Positions 49,582 to 60,074 of a stretch of 64,000 nucleotides of DNA are shown here, in pieces (positions within the stretch are counted from its first letter, which is position 1; each line of letters starts with the position of its first letter). The DNA lies in the NCBI GenBank assembly GCA_963734495.1, contig CAVTHK010000011.1, forward strand, positions 224,001 to 288,000. The letters run 5' to 3'. Made by a program: the position numbers and the translations under genes. Origin of the DNA: an uncultured Spirochaetota bacterium. Lineage in GTDB: Bacteria > Spirochaetota > Spirochaetia > SZUA-6 > CAVTHK01. The notes under the pieces are model-generated. The model was given only the letters and a program-made list of their open reading frames with translations, had not been told where the DNA came from and did no database searches.

Positions 49582-50870
49582 CTATGCCTTGAGCAGCATT
49601 CTCTGCGCTTCGAGCGCCCGATCGAAGCAGAACAGCCGGTGCTCGGCGATCGGGGTCCAGCCCCTGCCGTCGGAGTTCCAGGCGAGGAGAAGCGTCTTGA
49701 GGATCGCGGTGCGGCGTTCGGGGTCGAGCCTGCCTTCCTTTTCCCTGGAACATCTCGCAGGCCCGCGCGCACAGACCGTTGAGCACGGCGTTGTCGGGCT
49801 CGCGCTGCCAGCAGGGCGAAGTCCCGCTGCGAGCTCCAGGAGCCGGACTTTACGTACACGGCCGGCCTGGGCGAGGCCGGCGCGGCCGGCGCCGCCTGCC
49901 GGTCCGCCGCTTCGCGCGCGTACGCACCCGGCAGCACGAGCCCGGTGTCGGGGCTCTCCGCGAGGGCGCGCAGCAGCAGCTCCAGGCGCTCGACGGGTAT
50001 GGGCTCCTTGATCGTGTTGCCGCCGTAACCGAAGAACTCGATGTCGCCAAAGTAGGGAAGAAGAAGCCCGTCGCGCCGGCCGCTCGCGCCGCGCGCGCGA
50101 CCAGCGCGCACGAAGCGGCGCTCAGAAAGCATCGCGACGCGCGAAAGGCAGATCAGCGAGTACGCGAGCCAGGCGGCGTCGCACGGGATCGCGGCGAGCG
50201 TCGCGCCTCCGGTGCCCAGCCAGTCGAACGGCTCCCTGACGGAGTGCGAACGAGGTGGCGCTCCACGCGCAGCAGGTGGCCGAGCTGCGAGAGGGGACCG
50301 CGGTACTTGGCGCGCGCGGTCAGGTGGCCGAGCGACGGCGCCACGCGCTCGAACTCGTTGTAGTCGTTGAGGTCGCCGCGGCGGCTCATCGCGACGAGGT
50401 CCGCGTCGATGAACGAGCAGCGATAGCCGGCGGCAGCCAGCACCCCCGGCAGAAAGGGAGCGGTCGCCATCTCGGGCGGGAAGAACGCGTCGGGCGCGAC
50501 GCCCAGAACGCGGGCCGCGGTCTCGCGAAAGAGGCCGACGTCCTCGGCCGCGAGCTCGGGCGGCAGGATCGGCAGGATCGCGTGGGCCCAGCTCGTGCCC
50601 GTGATCTCGACGCGACCGGCCGCCGACCAGCTCCCGCAGCAGCGCCACGGCCTCGGCGCTGCCCTCGTAGAGCTCGCGGTGCTCGCCGTTGAGCAGCTCG
50701 AGGGTGTAGCCGGAAAAGTTCAGCGCCACGCGGGCGCCGTCGATGCCCCGGATCGTCCGCAGCACGGGAAGGTAGCTCCGCTGCACCAGGATCGGGATCC
50801 GCTCGAGGGGCACCTCTGCGTACAGCAGGTTCCCGTGCAGCAGCATCGCGCAGGATCTTTTCGCGCTCAC
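49582..50870 (-). CDS. GH57 glycoside hydrolase resembling Thermococcales alpha-galactosidase, multiple frameshifts
   Basis: LLHGNLLYAEVP, SGYTLE, WAHAILPIL, FFPPEM (nucleophile region), GDIEFFGY (acid/base region), SGSW, LAWNSDGRGW. Confidence 0.7.
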
Positions 50871-51117
50871 GGCCGACGATTGTACACCCGATCCGGTACC
50901 TGTGGGGCGCGTCCCCGCCGGGGCTCGCACCGTTGCGGGGCGGGGACCAGGCTGCTCCGGGCTCCGGTCCTCGCCCTGTGGGCGCTTCGCCGCGTGCCCC
51001 GGCCCGGCGCACTCGCCGGGCTCGGACCACGCCCGGCCTCGCGGCCGGGCGTGCCCTCCGCATCCTTCGCGCGGGGAGCGCGAGACGGCGCGGCCGTCAC
51101 CTGTGCTCTACGTTAGC

Positions 51118-52450
51118 TCAGCCCTCGCGGCGGGCCGCGGTGCGCGCGATCCGCGGGTCCGACACGCCCCACCGCAGCAGGGCCCAGCCCGCGAGCGCTA
51201 TCGCGAGGGCGACGGCGAACAGCGGCGCGAAGCCGGCCGCGTCGAGCACCCAGCCACCGATCACGGGCGCGAGCAGCGTGGGAAAGGCGAGCAGCGTGCC
51301 CGAGAGGGCCGTGAACGTCGGCAGCTTCTCGATCTTCCCGAACTCCATCGTGATGCAGCTCCGCGAGATCCCCATCCCCGCCACCGAGAGGTTCGCCAGG
51401 ATGAACACGGGGTAGAGCCACGACGGCGCTCGGGATGAACAGCATCAGGACGAGGGCGGCGATGCCGAGCCACGAGCTGAGCTCGGCCGTCCACTTGTGC
51501 CCGAGCCGGTCGGAGAGCCAGCCGAGGACGGGCGTGCCCGCGCTCTGCGTGACGAGCGCGACCATCGTCAGCCCGGCGGCGAACGCGTCGTTCGAGCCGA
51601 AGTGGTAGCGGCCGTAGATGATGTAGAAGCTCGCGGCCATGGTCCCGAGGATAAAGAGCGTCTGGCTCGCGAGGTACATCGAGAAGTTGCGGTCGCGCTT
51701 GAGGATCTCCGGCAGCTCCCTGAGGTACTCGACGAGCGGGGGCACCGCGGCGGCGACCTTCTTCTCAGGTTCCCTGTTCAGGGTGAGAAAGAAAAAGGAC
51801 AGCGCCTGCCCGACGAACGACAGCAGGAAGCACAGGCCGTACGAGACGGGGAAGCTGCGCGTCTCGAGGATCCAGCGGGCGAGCCAGGCGCCGCCCACGC
51901 CGAGAAAGCCGCCGGCGCCGACGCCCAGGCTGAAGAGCAGCCCGCGGCGATCGGGGTGGATCACCTTGCCGAGCATCGCCTTCCACGCGGGGGTGGCGAG
52001 GCCGGCGCACCCCGTCGCGATGCCGATGTTCACCGCGAGCATCGTGTACGCGAACCACGACGGCGCCCTGGGCCACAGAAAGATCGCCAGCGCGATGAAG
52101 AGGTAGGGCATCCTCTCCATGACGCTGATGCGCACGACGTACGGCTTGAAGCGGGAGAGGGTCTCGGATTTCCGCGCAGTGAGCAGCTGCGGCAGCAGGT
52201 AGCCGACCTGCTGGATCGCCGGGATCAGGCCGATCAGGACGGCGGACGAGGTGAGGTAGCTGGCGTAGAGCGTGAGGATGGTGGAGGAAAAGATGAAGCT
52301 CTTCGCCAGGTTGACGGAGATGAGGTCCCCCGCGTTGACGGCGAAGTTCCAGCGCCTGTGCTGCTCGACGAGCTCGTCGCATGTCGCGCCGGCCCCGTCG
52401 CGGGTCGCCTGCATGACCGCTTCGTACGGTGGAGGGGGCAGGTGTGTCAA
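51118..52450 (-). CDS. MFS transporter, frameshift near 51420
   Basis: About 12 hydrophobic segments; GWLSDRLG motif A. Confidence 0.82.
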
Positions 52451-52890
52451 GAAGACGCGAGAAAGCGGTCGAGGCGGTTGGCGAACGCCATGCGATCGCT
52501 GTAGTCAAAGGGCGGCGGGCCCGAGATCACCTCGCCGCTCGCGCGCAGCTCGTCCATGAGGTTGCGGGTGGCGAGGAGCTCGCCGACATTCTCGCTGGTG
52601 TACAGCGTGCCCCGCGGGTCGAGGGCGCAGGCGCCCTTCTTGACGACCGCGGCCGCCAGCGGGATGTCGGCCGTGATCACCAGGTCGCCGGGCCGCACAC
52701 GGGCCGCGATGGTCTCGTCGGCGACGTCGAACCCGCCGGCGACCTGGATGGTGTCGATGTAGCGGGAGCGCGGGACGCGCAGCGGCCTGTTGGCCACCAG
52801 GGTGAGCTGCACGCGCACCCGCTCCGCGGCCCTGTAGAGGATCTCCTTGGCAACGCGCGGGCACGAGTCGGCGTCGACCCAGATCTGCAT
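52447..52890 (-). CDS. YaiI/YqxD family protein (UPF0178)
   Basis: MQIWVDADSCP, LVANR, GFDVAD, DLVITADIPLA, DPRG. Confidence 0.92.
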   Translation of the reverse strand: MQIWVDADSCPRVAKEILYRAAERVRVQLTLVANRPLRVPRSRYIDTIQVAGGFDVADETIAARVRPGDLVITADIPLAAAVVKKGACALDPRGTLYTSENVGELLATRNLMDELRASGEVISGPPPFDYSDRMAFANRLDRFLASS

Positions 52891-52895
52891 GGCCG

Positions 52896-53198
52896 CTACG
52901 GGAAGACTTCCCTGAGACCCTGCGACGCGGTGTAGACGCTTCCTACGCCGCTCAAGTGGAAGGCGACGCGGACCGCTTCGGCGATCTCCTCTTTGGTCGC
53001 CCCTTCCTTGATCGCCGACAGCGCCAGGGCGCGCACGCCGGACGCGGCGCCGTGCGCTGCGTCGAACGCCAGCGCTATCAGCAGCTTGATCCTGCGCGGG
53101 AGCGCTCCGTCGGAGTAGACGACCTCGTCCGTGAGCTTGAGATGAGCCATCAGCGCGGGGTCGATCTTCATGATGGTAGCCAGGGGATGTTCGGCCAT
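52896..53198 (-). CDS. Carboxymuconolactone decarboxylase/AhpD-like protein
   Basis: DGALPRRIKLLIAL..A..GATKEEIAEA; no CxxC. Confidence 0.82.
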   Translation of the reverse strand: MAEHPLATIMKIDPALMAHLKLTDEVVYSDGALPRRIKLLIALAFDAAHGAASGVRALALSAIKEGATKEEIAEAVRVAFHLSGVGSVYTASQGLREVFP

Positions 53199-53288
53199 GG
53201 TTCCCTCCTTTGGGACAGGCTCATCATACGCGGGCCGCCGAGGCAGGCTCAAGGTGCCCGCCGCGCCGCTTTGTGCTAAGGTAGCGCC

Positions 53289-54187
53289 GTGAAGCCGCTG
53301 CCGCGGGAAACGATCGAAGCCGACGGGGTGCTGAAACGCGCCGTCGCCTGGGGCGAGGCGCGGTCCGACGTGCGCGCCATGCTGCTCACCAGCACGCGCA
53401 CGATGCCGGACGCGGCCGTGGACCGGTTCTCGGACTACGACATCGTCCTTGCCGTCATCGACGTCATGCCGTATTTCAGCGATCGCTCCTGGCTCGGGGA
53501 CTTCGGGCGCGGTCCTCGTCGTCTACCGCGACCCCATCCGGCAGCTCCACGGTCTCGACCGGTTCGCGTACATCACGCAGTACGAGGACGGGCTCAAGAT
53601 CGATTTCACGCTGTGGAGCGCGGGCATCCCCGCCCGCATCGCCTCGTCCGGCGTGCTGACCGATGACCTCGACGTGGGGTATGCCGTCCTGCTCGACAAG
53701 GAGGGCCTCACGCGCGGCCTCAAGGAGCCCACGCACCGCGCGCACATCCCGGCCCGCCCGACCGAGGCGCAGTACCTCACCCTGGTCGAGGAGCTCTTTC
53801 ACGAGGCGACCTACGTGGCCAAGAACCTCTGGCGCGACGAGCTGCTCCCCGCCAAGTACAGCCTGGACCACGTGATCAAGCAGGTCGACCTCCGGAAGCT
53901 GCTGGAGTGGCGCATCGAGACCGAGCACGGCTGGGCGCTCAAGCCCGGCGCCTACGGCAAGGGGCTCAAGAAGTACCTGGACCCCGCGACATGGGCGGAG
54001 CTCGAGCGCACATACGCGGGAGCTTCGGTCGCGGAGAACTGGGAAGCCGCTGTTCCGCACGATCGACCTCTTCCGCAGGATCGCCGTCGAGGTCGGCGGG
54101 CGGCTCGGCTACGCCTACCCGCTCGACCTCGACCGCCGCGCCGTCGCGTACCTGCGGCGCGTGCAGTCCCTGCCTATCGGTTCTTGA
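53289..54187 (+). CDS. Aminoglycoside 6-adenylyltransferase (AadK/ANT(6))-like protein, frameshifted
   Basis: TSTR..DRFSDYDI, YEDGLKIDFT, VLLDKEG, ATYVAKNLWRDEL, LEWRI, GKGLKKYL, GYAYP. Confidence 0.8.
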
Positions 54188-55079
54188 GGAACGTTCCGGC
54201 CTGCAGCTCGGCAAACGCCTGGCGCAGCTCCTCCTGGGTGTTCATCACGATCGGGCCGTACCACGCGACGGGCTCCACGAGAGGCTTGCCAGAGACGAGG
54301 AGAAAACGGATGCCGTCGTCGCCCGCCTGCACCGTGACCTCGTCGCCCGAGTCGAAGAGCACGAGCGAGCGGTTGTCGGCCACCTCCGAGGGCGTCGTGT
54401 CGGCCCACCCCGCGGGCTCGGTCGGGACGGCGAGCGGGCCGGAGGCGTTGCAGAATCTCCCCGAGCCCGCGAACACGTAAGCAAAGGCGTGGCGCGAGGT
54501 CTCCACCGGGAGCGTCTTGCGCTTACCGGCCGGGATCGACACGTCGAAGTAGCTCGGTTCCGCCGCAATCCCGTGGACCGGTCCGGTCTTGCCCCAGAGG
54601 CTGCCGCAGACGACCTTCACTTTTGTCCCATCATCGTCGATGGCCTCAGGGACGTCCGCCGCATGGACGTCCTGGTAGCCGGGCGCGGTCATCTTGAGCG
54701 ACGACGGGAGGTTCGCCCAGAGCTGAAAGCCGTGCATCCGGCCCCGGGCATCGCCGTGGGGCATCTCCTGGTGGATGATGCCGCTGCCCGCTGTCATCCA
54801 CTGCACGTCCCCGGACCCGATCGAGCCGCTGTTGCCGAGGCTGTCGCCGTGGTCGACGGTGCCCGCCAGCACGTAGGTGATCGTCTCGATGCCGCGGTGC
54901 GGGTGCCACGGGAAACCGGCGATGTAGTCATCAGGGCGGTCGCCGCGGAAGTCGTCGAGGAGAAGGAAGGGGTCGAACTCCTCGGTAGCGCCAAAGCCGA
55001 AGGCGCGACGCAGCCGCACACCTGCGCCTTCGATGGTCGGTTTGGCCTTGACGAGCCGCCTGATCGGTCGGATCGACAT
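54174..55079 (-). CDS. Pirin family protein
   Basis: EGAGV, DPFLLLD, HPHRGIETITY, QWMTAGSGIIHQE, QLWANLP, YGPIVMN. Confidence 0.94.
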   Translation of the reverse strand: MSIRPIRRLVKAKPTIEGAGVRLRRAFGFGATEEFDPFLLLDDFRGDRPDDYIAGFPWHPHRGIETITYVLAGTVDHGDSLGNSGSIGSGDVQWMTAGSGIIHQEMPHGDARGRMHGFQLWANLPSSLKMTAPGYQDVHAADVPEAIDDDGTKVKVVCGSLWGKTGPVHGIAAEPSYFDVSIPAGKRKTLPVETSRHAFAYVFAGSGRFCNASGPLAVPTEPAGWADTTPSEVADNRSLVLFDSGDEVTVQAGDDGIRFLLVSGKPLVEPVAWYGPIVMNTQEELRQAFAELQAGTFLKNR

Positions 55080-55188
55080 GGTGCCTCCTGGTTTGTGAGA
55101 TCCCACAATGTACGAAATTCGCGGCGGAGCCGGCGTGCGTCTGGACTGGCCGGACAGGGGAGGATATCGTGGGCCCCGAGGAGGCTCC

Positions 55189-55977
55189 GTGCGCATCGGG
55201 TGCATCGCCGCTTTCGAGAATGCCGCGGCCGCCGCCGCGGCCGGCTTTGAATACATCGAGTGTCCGATCGGCTCGCTCAAGCCCGACCAGCCGGATTCCG
55301 CGTTCGCGCCGATCCGCGAGGCTTTCCGCGCGAGCCCTCTGCCGACGCCGGCCTTTAACCTCTTCATCCCCGCCGAGCTCAAGATCGTCGGGCCGGCGGT
55401 GGACGAGGAGCGGCTGCGCCGCTATGCGGCGACCGCGATCGAGCGCGTGGCCGCCGTGAGCGGCCGGGTCATCGTGTTCGGCAGCGGGCCGGCCCGCACG
55501 ATTCCTCCCGGCTTCCCGCGCGAGCGCGCCGAGGAGCAGTTCATCGAGTTCTCGCGGTTCTGCGGCGAGGCCGCGCAGCGGGCGGGCGTAACCATCGGCT
55601 TCGAGTCGATCGCGAGGGGCGGGACGGTCAACTTGATCCATACGTTCGAGGAGGCGGTGATGATCGCCCGGCGCGTGGGCCATCCCGCGGTCAAGGCGAT
55701 GGCCGACCTCGGGCAGATGGCGCCGGAGAAAGAGCCGTGGCGGCACCTGAGCGAGCTGGGCGCCGGGATCCCTCACGTGCACATCGCGGACACGGACAAG
55801 AAGGTGCCGGGGCTCGGCAGCCTCGCCTGGAGCGAGGCCTTTGCCGAGCTTCGCCGGGCGGGCTACGATGGGCTCATGTCCATCGAATGCCGCTGGACGG
55901 ACCTGGCGCCCGTGGCCGCGCAGGCGATCCGCTTCGTGCGCGACGCGTGGGAAGCGGCAGAGGAGGCGAGCCGATGA
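55189..55977 (+). CDS. Sugar phosphate isomerase/epimerase (xylose isomerase-like TIM barrel)
   Basis: AGFEYIE, VFGSG, IGFES, ADLGQM, HVHIAD, GYDGLMSIE. Confidence 0.85.
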   Translation: MRIGCIAAFENAAAAAAAGFEYIECPIGSLKPDQPDSAFAPIREAFRASPLPTPAFNLFIPAELKIVGPAVDEERLRRYAATAIERVAAVSGRVIVFGSGPARTIPPGFPRERAEEQFIEFSRFCGEAAQRAGVTIGFESIARGGTVNLIHTFEEAVMIARRVGHPAVKAMADLGQMAPEKEPWRHLSELGAGIPHVHIADTDKKVPGLGSLAWSEAFAELRRAGYDGLMSIECRWTDLAPVAAQAIRFVRDAWEAAEEASR

Positions 55978-56747
55978 TCCGCACCAACCCCATCAAGGCG
56001 GGGCTGAGGCAAGGCCGCAAGTACGTCGGGACGTTCGCCAAGATGCACGATCCGTGCGTCGTGGAGCTGCTCGCGCTCGGAGGCTTCGACTTCTTTATCG
56101 TGGACAACGAGCACAGCCAGATGAGCAAGGAGAGCATGCTCGCGCTCGTGAGGACCGCGGACATCTCGGGCATCGTCCCGATCGTGCGGGTGCGGGAGAA
56201 CAGCCGCGCGCAGATCCTGCAGGCGCTCGACGCCGGGGCGCTCGGCGTGATGGTGCCCGAGACCAGCACGGCGGCCGAGGTCAGGCACGTGGTCGAGAGC
56301 GCCTACTACGCGCCGCTCGGGCACCGCGGCTACACGGCCTCCAGCCGCGCCGCGGGCTACGGCACGATGGACCCGGCGGAGTACGCCGTGGCCGCGAACG
56401 CCAACATCATCTCGCTCGTCTACTGCGAGACGCAGGCCGCCCTCGACAACCTCGACGAGATGCTGGCCGTGCCCGGCCTGGACGTCATGTGGATCGGACC
56501 GATGGACCTCACGCAGGCGCTCGGCGTGATCGGCAAGCCGACGCACCCCAAGGTGACTCAGGCGGTCGAGACGGTCGTGCGCAAGTGCCTCGCCGCCCAC
56601 GTCGCGGTCGGTACGATCGCGTCCGACGCCGCTGCCGCGGCGCGGCTCTTCGACATGGGCGTGCAGTTCATCAGCGTCGCCTCCGACCAGGCCATGCTGA
56701 TCTCGACCGGCCGGCGCCTGACCGCGGACCTCGCGAAGCACCGGTGA
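55974..56747 (+). CDS. HpcH/HpaI class II pyruvate aldolase
   Basis: GFDFFIVDNEH, LDAGALGVMVP, PLGHRG, CET, WIGPMDL; ATGA overlap. Confidence 0.9.
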   Translation: MIRTNPIKAGLRQGRKYVGTFAKMHDPCVVELLALGGFDFFIVDNEHSQMSKESMLALVRTADISGIVPIVRVRENSRAQILQALDAGALGVMVPETSTAAEVRHVVESAYYAPLGHRGYTASSRAAGYGTMDPAEYAVAANANIISLVYCETQAALDNLDEMLAVPGLDVMWIGPMDLTQALGVIGKPTHPKVTQAVETVVRKCLAAHVAVGTIASDAAAAARLFDMGVQFISVASDQAMLISTGRRLTADLAKHR

Positions 56748-56753
56748 CGCGGC

Positions 56754-57889
56754 ATGCTGCCTGACGGCAGGGCCGAAGACCTCGGCATGGACGCGGGCGC
56801 GCTCGAGCGCGCCTTCGGGCTGCTCGAGGCGTGGGTCGACGACGGCACGCTGCCGGCGGCCGCGGCACTGGTCGCGCGCCGCGGCGCGGTCGTCGCCCGC
56901 CGCTGGTTCGGACGCGCCGCGCGCGCGCCCGGGAGCCGGCCCGTCGGGCCGGAAACGATCTTTGCCGTGGCGTCCGTGACGAAGCCCTTTACGGCGACCG
57001 CCGTCATGCAGCTCGTCGAGCGGGGGGTGCTGTCGATCGACCAGCCCGTCATCGACCTGCTGCCCGAGTTCGCGGGCCCCGGCAAAGAGGACATCACCCT
57101 CCGCCACTTTCTCACCCACACCTCCGGGCTTCCGGAGTACGCCGACGATAACGAAGAGATCCGCAGCCGCCACCTCGGCCTCGACGCGTTCGTCCGGTCG
57201 TACTGCCGCGGCCGGCCGCTCTTCCCGCAGGGGCCGGGGTCGCGCTGGTCCTACAGCAACTTCGGCTTCGGGCTCGCGGGCGAGATCGTCGCGCGCCGCG
57301 GCGGCCGCGGCTACCACGAGCTCGTCGCCGAGCGGATCCTCGCGCCGCTCGCGATGCGCGACAGCAGCCTGCTGCCGCCCGAGTCGGTCTGGGACCGCAT
57401 CGCCGAGGTGTGGCTGCCGACGGAGCCGCACACGGACCACGAGCGGTACAACTCGCCCTACTTCCGCAAGCTCGGCATCCCGTGGGGCGGGCTCTACACG
57501 ACGCCCGACGACCTCGCGGTCTTTGCACAGGCGTTCTGCGCGCGGCTGGCGCGGACCGAGGATCGTGAGCCCGGCCACGGCCGCTGAGATGACGCGCAAT
57601 CAGCTCGAGCGCCGTGGCCGGCGATGGGGTCGTGCGCTGGCGCTCGGCGAGCTGGGGCCTGGGCTGGGACGTCAAGGGAGCCAAGGCGCCCCACAGCAGC
57701 GGCGCGCTGACGTCGCCCGCAACCTTCGGCCACACCGGATCGTCGGGCTCCATGCTGTGGGTCGACCCCGCCCTGGAGCTCACCTGCGTGATGATCGGCA
57801 CGCGCTCGGCCGAGAGCGGCTGGGCCGACGGGCCCGTCCCGCGCCGCGCCCTTTTCTCCAACGCGGTCGTCGCTGCCGTGCGGAACTGA
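56754..57889 (+). CDS. Serine hydrolase (beta-lactamase/AmpC fold), frameshifted near 57540-57615
   Basis: FAVASVTK (SxxK), LTHTSGL, YSN, GGLYTT, FGHTG. Confidence 0.85.
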
Positions 57890-57930
57890 ACGCAGACACG
57901 CGGTCGGCCGCCCTTCACCTGACATATCTG

Positions 57931-57958
57931 TTGACTTACAACCCCAAGGTGCTATGAT
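57931..57958 (+). promoter_or_regulatory. Putative sigma70 promoter with extended -10
   Basis: TTGACT-16bp-TATGAT, preceded by TGc. Confidence 0.55.
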
Positions 57959-58007
57959 GGGTCGACCCCGACAAGCGGGCACTCCTCACCAGAAAGGACT
58001 TTCAACT

Positions 58008-59177
58008 GTGAAGATCAAACGAGTCGAAACAGCCTATGTCATGATGAAGTGCGACATCCCGCAGGGTCTTTCAGGCGGCCCGATGACCCACAGCACGGAC
58101 GGTCTCTGCCGCATCACCACCAGCGACGGCATCCACGGGATCGGGCTCGGCCGCGGAGCGCCCCTCGACCAGATCTGCAAGCTCATCAAGGAGGTGTTCG
58201 CGCCCCTGCTGCTCGGGGAGAACGCGCTGCACACGCAGTACCTCTGGGACAAGCTCTACAACGCGACCGTGGACGCTAACGGAAAGGCCAGGACTTCGTT
58301 CGAGGTGAACGTCGTGCGCTGCGCCCTCTGCGCGGTCGACGGGGCCCTCTGGGACATCAAGGGCAAGGCCGCGAACCTGTCGATCTGCGAGCTCCTCGGC
58401 GGCAAGCCGCAGCCCGTCCTCGGCTACATCCAGAAGGGCTTCTACGTCGACGGCCAGAGCCTGGAGGAGATGGCTCAAGAGGGGCTCGCCGTGTTCCAGG
58501 AGGGCGGCTTCGAGTACATGAAGATGCGCGTCGGCCGCAACGGGATCAAGGAGGCGGTCCAGCGCGTCGAGATCATGCGCAAGACCCTCGGCGACAGGGC
58601 GAAGCTCATGGTCGACGTGAACCAGGCGTGGACTCTTGACGAGGCGCTCGAAGGCGCGAAGGCTCTTGCGCCCTACAACCTGACGTGGATGGAGGAGCCG
58701 ATCTCGCGCAAGAAGGGCGCCGGCGCCGTCGACATCAACGCCGAGATGGGGAAGTTCCAGGCGAAGTCTCCGATCCCGCTGGCCGCGGGCGAGAACCACA
58801 AGGGCCTCCTGGACTCGAACGAGCTCGTCACCAAGGCGAAGCCGAAGTACATGCAGCTCGACATCTGCAAGCAGAGCGGCGGCCTGAGCGAGTGGGTCAA
58901 GGTGCAGGCGCTCTGCCTCGCCAACGGGATCCTCATGGCGCCGCACGTGGCGCCGCAGTTCCACGTGCAGCTCGTCCCCGCCGTTTCCAACGGCTTCATC
59001 ATCGAGATCTGCGACAACCCGAAGCAGCACCCGGCGTGGCCCGACCTGTACATCGGCTTCCCCAAGGTCAAGAAGGGGCACATGGAGATCCCGAAGGGTC
59101 CGGGCTGGGGCCTCGAGATCAATGACGATATGGTGAAGAAGGTCGGCACGCCGGTCGACTGGGACTTCAAGAAATAG
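58008..59177 (+). CDS. Mandelate racemase/muconate lactonizing enzyme family (probable acid-sugar dehydratase)
   Basis: DGALWDIKGK, KMRVG, MVDVNQ, WMEEP, AGEN, QLD, APH, PGWG. Confidence 0.9.
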   Translation: MKIKRVETAYVMMKCDIPQGLSGGPMTHSTDGLCRITTSDGIHGIGLGRGAPLDQICKLIKEVFAPLLLGENALHTQYLWDKLYNATVDANGKARTSFEVNVVRCALCAVDGALWDIKGKAANLSICELLGGKPQPVLGYIQKGFYVDGQSLEEMAQEGLAVFQEGGFEYMKMRVGRNGIKEAVQRVEIMRKTLGDRAKLMVDVNQAWTLDEALEGAKALAPYNLTWMEEPISRKKGAGAVDINAEMGKFQAKSPIPLAAGENHKGLLDSNELVTKAKPKYMQLDICKQSGGLSEWVKVQALCLANGILMAPHVAPQFHVQLVPAVSNGFIIEICDNPKQHPAWPDLYIGFPKVKKGHMEIPKGPGWGLEINDDMVKKVGTPVDWDFKK

Positions 59178-59188
59178 CGGGGCGACGC

Positions 59189-60070
59189 GTGCGGCTGCGA
59201 GCCAAGAACTACCTGTGGGGCCTGCTGTTCATGACGCCCTGGGTCGTGGGCCTTCTCATGTTCCAGCTCGGCCCCCTGGTGGCTTCCTTCATCCTGAGCT
59301 TTACGCGCTACGACATCATCACGCCGGTCAAATGGACCGGCTTCGCCAACTACGCCGAGATGTTCCGCGACCAGCTCTTCGTCAAGTCGCTGGTGAACAC
59401 GGTCTACTACGTGGGCGTCTCCACGCCGATCCGCATCGTGCTCGCGATCGCGATGGCGCTGCTGTTGAACCAGGGGCTCTTCGCCACCGGTGTCTTCCGG
59501 ACGATCTATTACCTGCCATCGGTGACCGCGGGCGTGGCGATCTCGATCCTCTGGCGGTGGATCTACCACCCCAAGTACGGCGCGCTCAACGACGTGCTGT
59601 CCTGGGTGGGCATCAAGGGGCCGCAGTGGCTCGCTGATCCCGCGTGGGCCATGCCCGCGATCATCATCATGGGGACGTGGCTCGTGGCGGGACGGTACAT
59701 GGTGATCTTTCTCGCCGGACTGCAGGCGGTCCCCGACCAGCTCTACGAGGCGGCCCGGATCGACGGTGCCGGCCGGGTGCACCAGTTCCGGTACATCACC
59801 ATTCCCCTGCTGAGCCCGACGATCTACCTGGTCGCGGTGCTCGCGGTCATCCAGTCCTTCCAGGTGTTCACCCACGCCTACATCCTCACCGGCGGCGGAC
59901 CCGCGGACGCGACCCTGGTGTACATCCTCTACCTCTACCGAAAGGGGTTCCAGTACTTCCAGATGGGCTACTCGTGCGCCCTCGCGTGGGTCCTGTTCCT
60001 GATCATCATGACGGTCACGCTCGTGCAGAAGTGGCTGTCGTCCTGGGTCTACTACGAGGCGGGAGACTGA
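59189..60070 (+). CDS. Sugar ABC permease (MalF-like)
   Basis: FRTIYYLPS, LYEAARIDGA, GGGP, WVYYE. Confidence 0.93.
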   Translation: MRLRAKNYLWGLLFMTPWVVGLLMFQLGPLVASFILSFTRYDIITPVKWTGFANYAEMFRDQLFVKSLVNTVYYVGVSTPIRIVLAIAMALLLNQGLFATGVFRTIYYLPSVTAGVAISILWRWIYHPKYGALNDVLSWVGIKGPQWLADPAWAMPAIIIMGTWLVAGRYMVIFLAGLQAVPDQLYEAARIDGAGRVHQFRYITIPLLSPTIYLVAVLAVIQSFQVFTHAYILTGGGPADATLVYILYLYRKGFQYFQMGYSCALAWVLFLIIMTVTLVQKWLSSWVYYEAGD

Positions 60071-60074
60071 AGCG

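Noticed and set aside
40737-57889. Numerous frameshifts as programmed frameshifting or mass pseudogenisation
   Set aside because: Single-base indels are scattered over unrelated genes with otherwise intact motifs and are clustered regionally, while 10.5-33.7 kb is clean. This is typical of low-coverage long-read consensus error; read-level checking is needed.
56754-57889. True beta-lactamase resistance gene
   Set aside because: It has no signal peptide and lies in a sugar-catabolic operon, so a family VIII-type esterase is more plausible.
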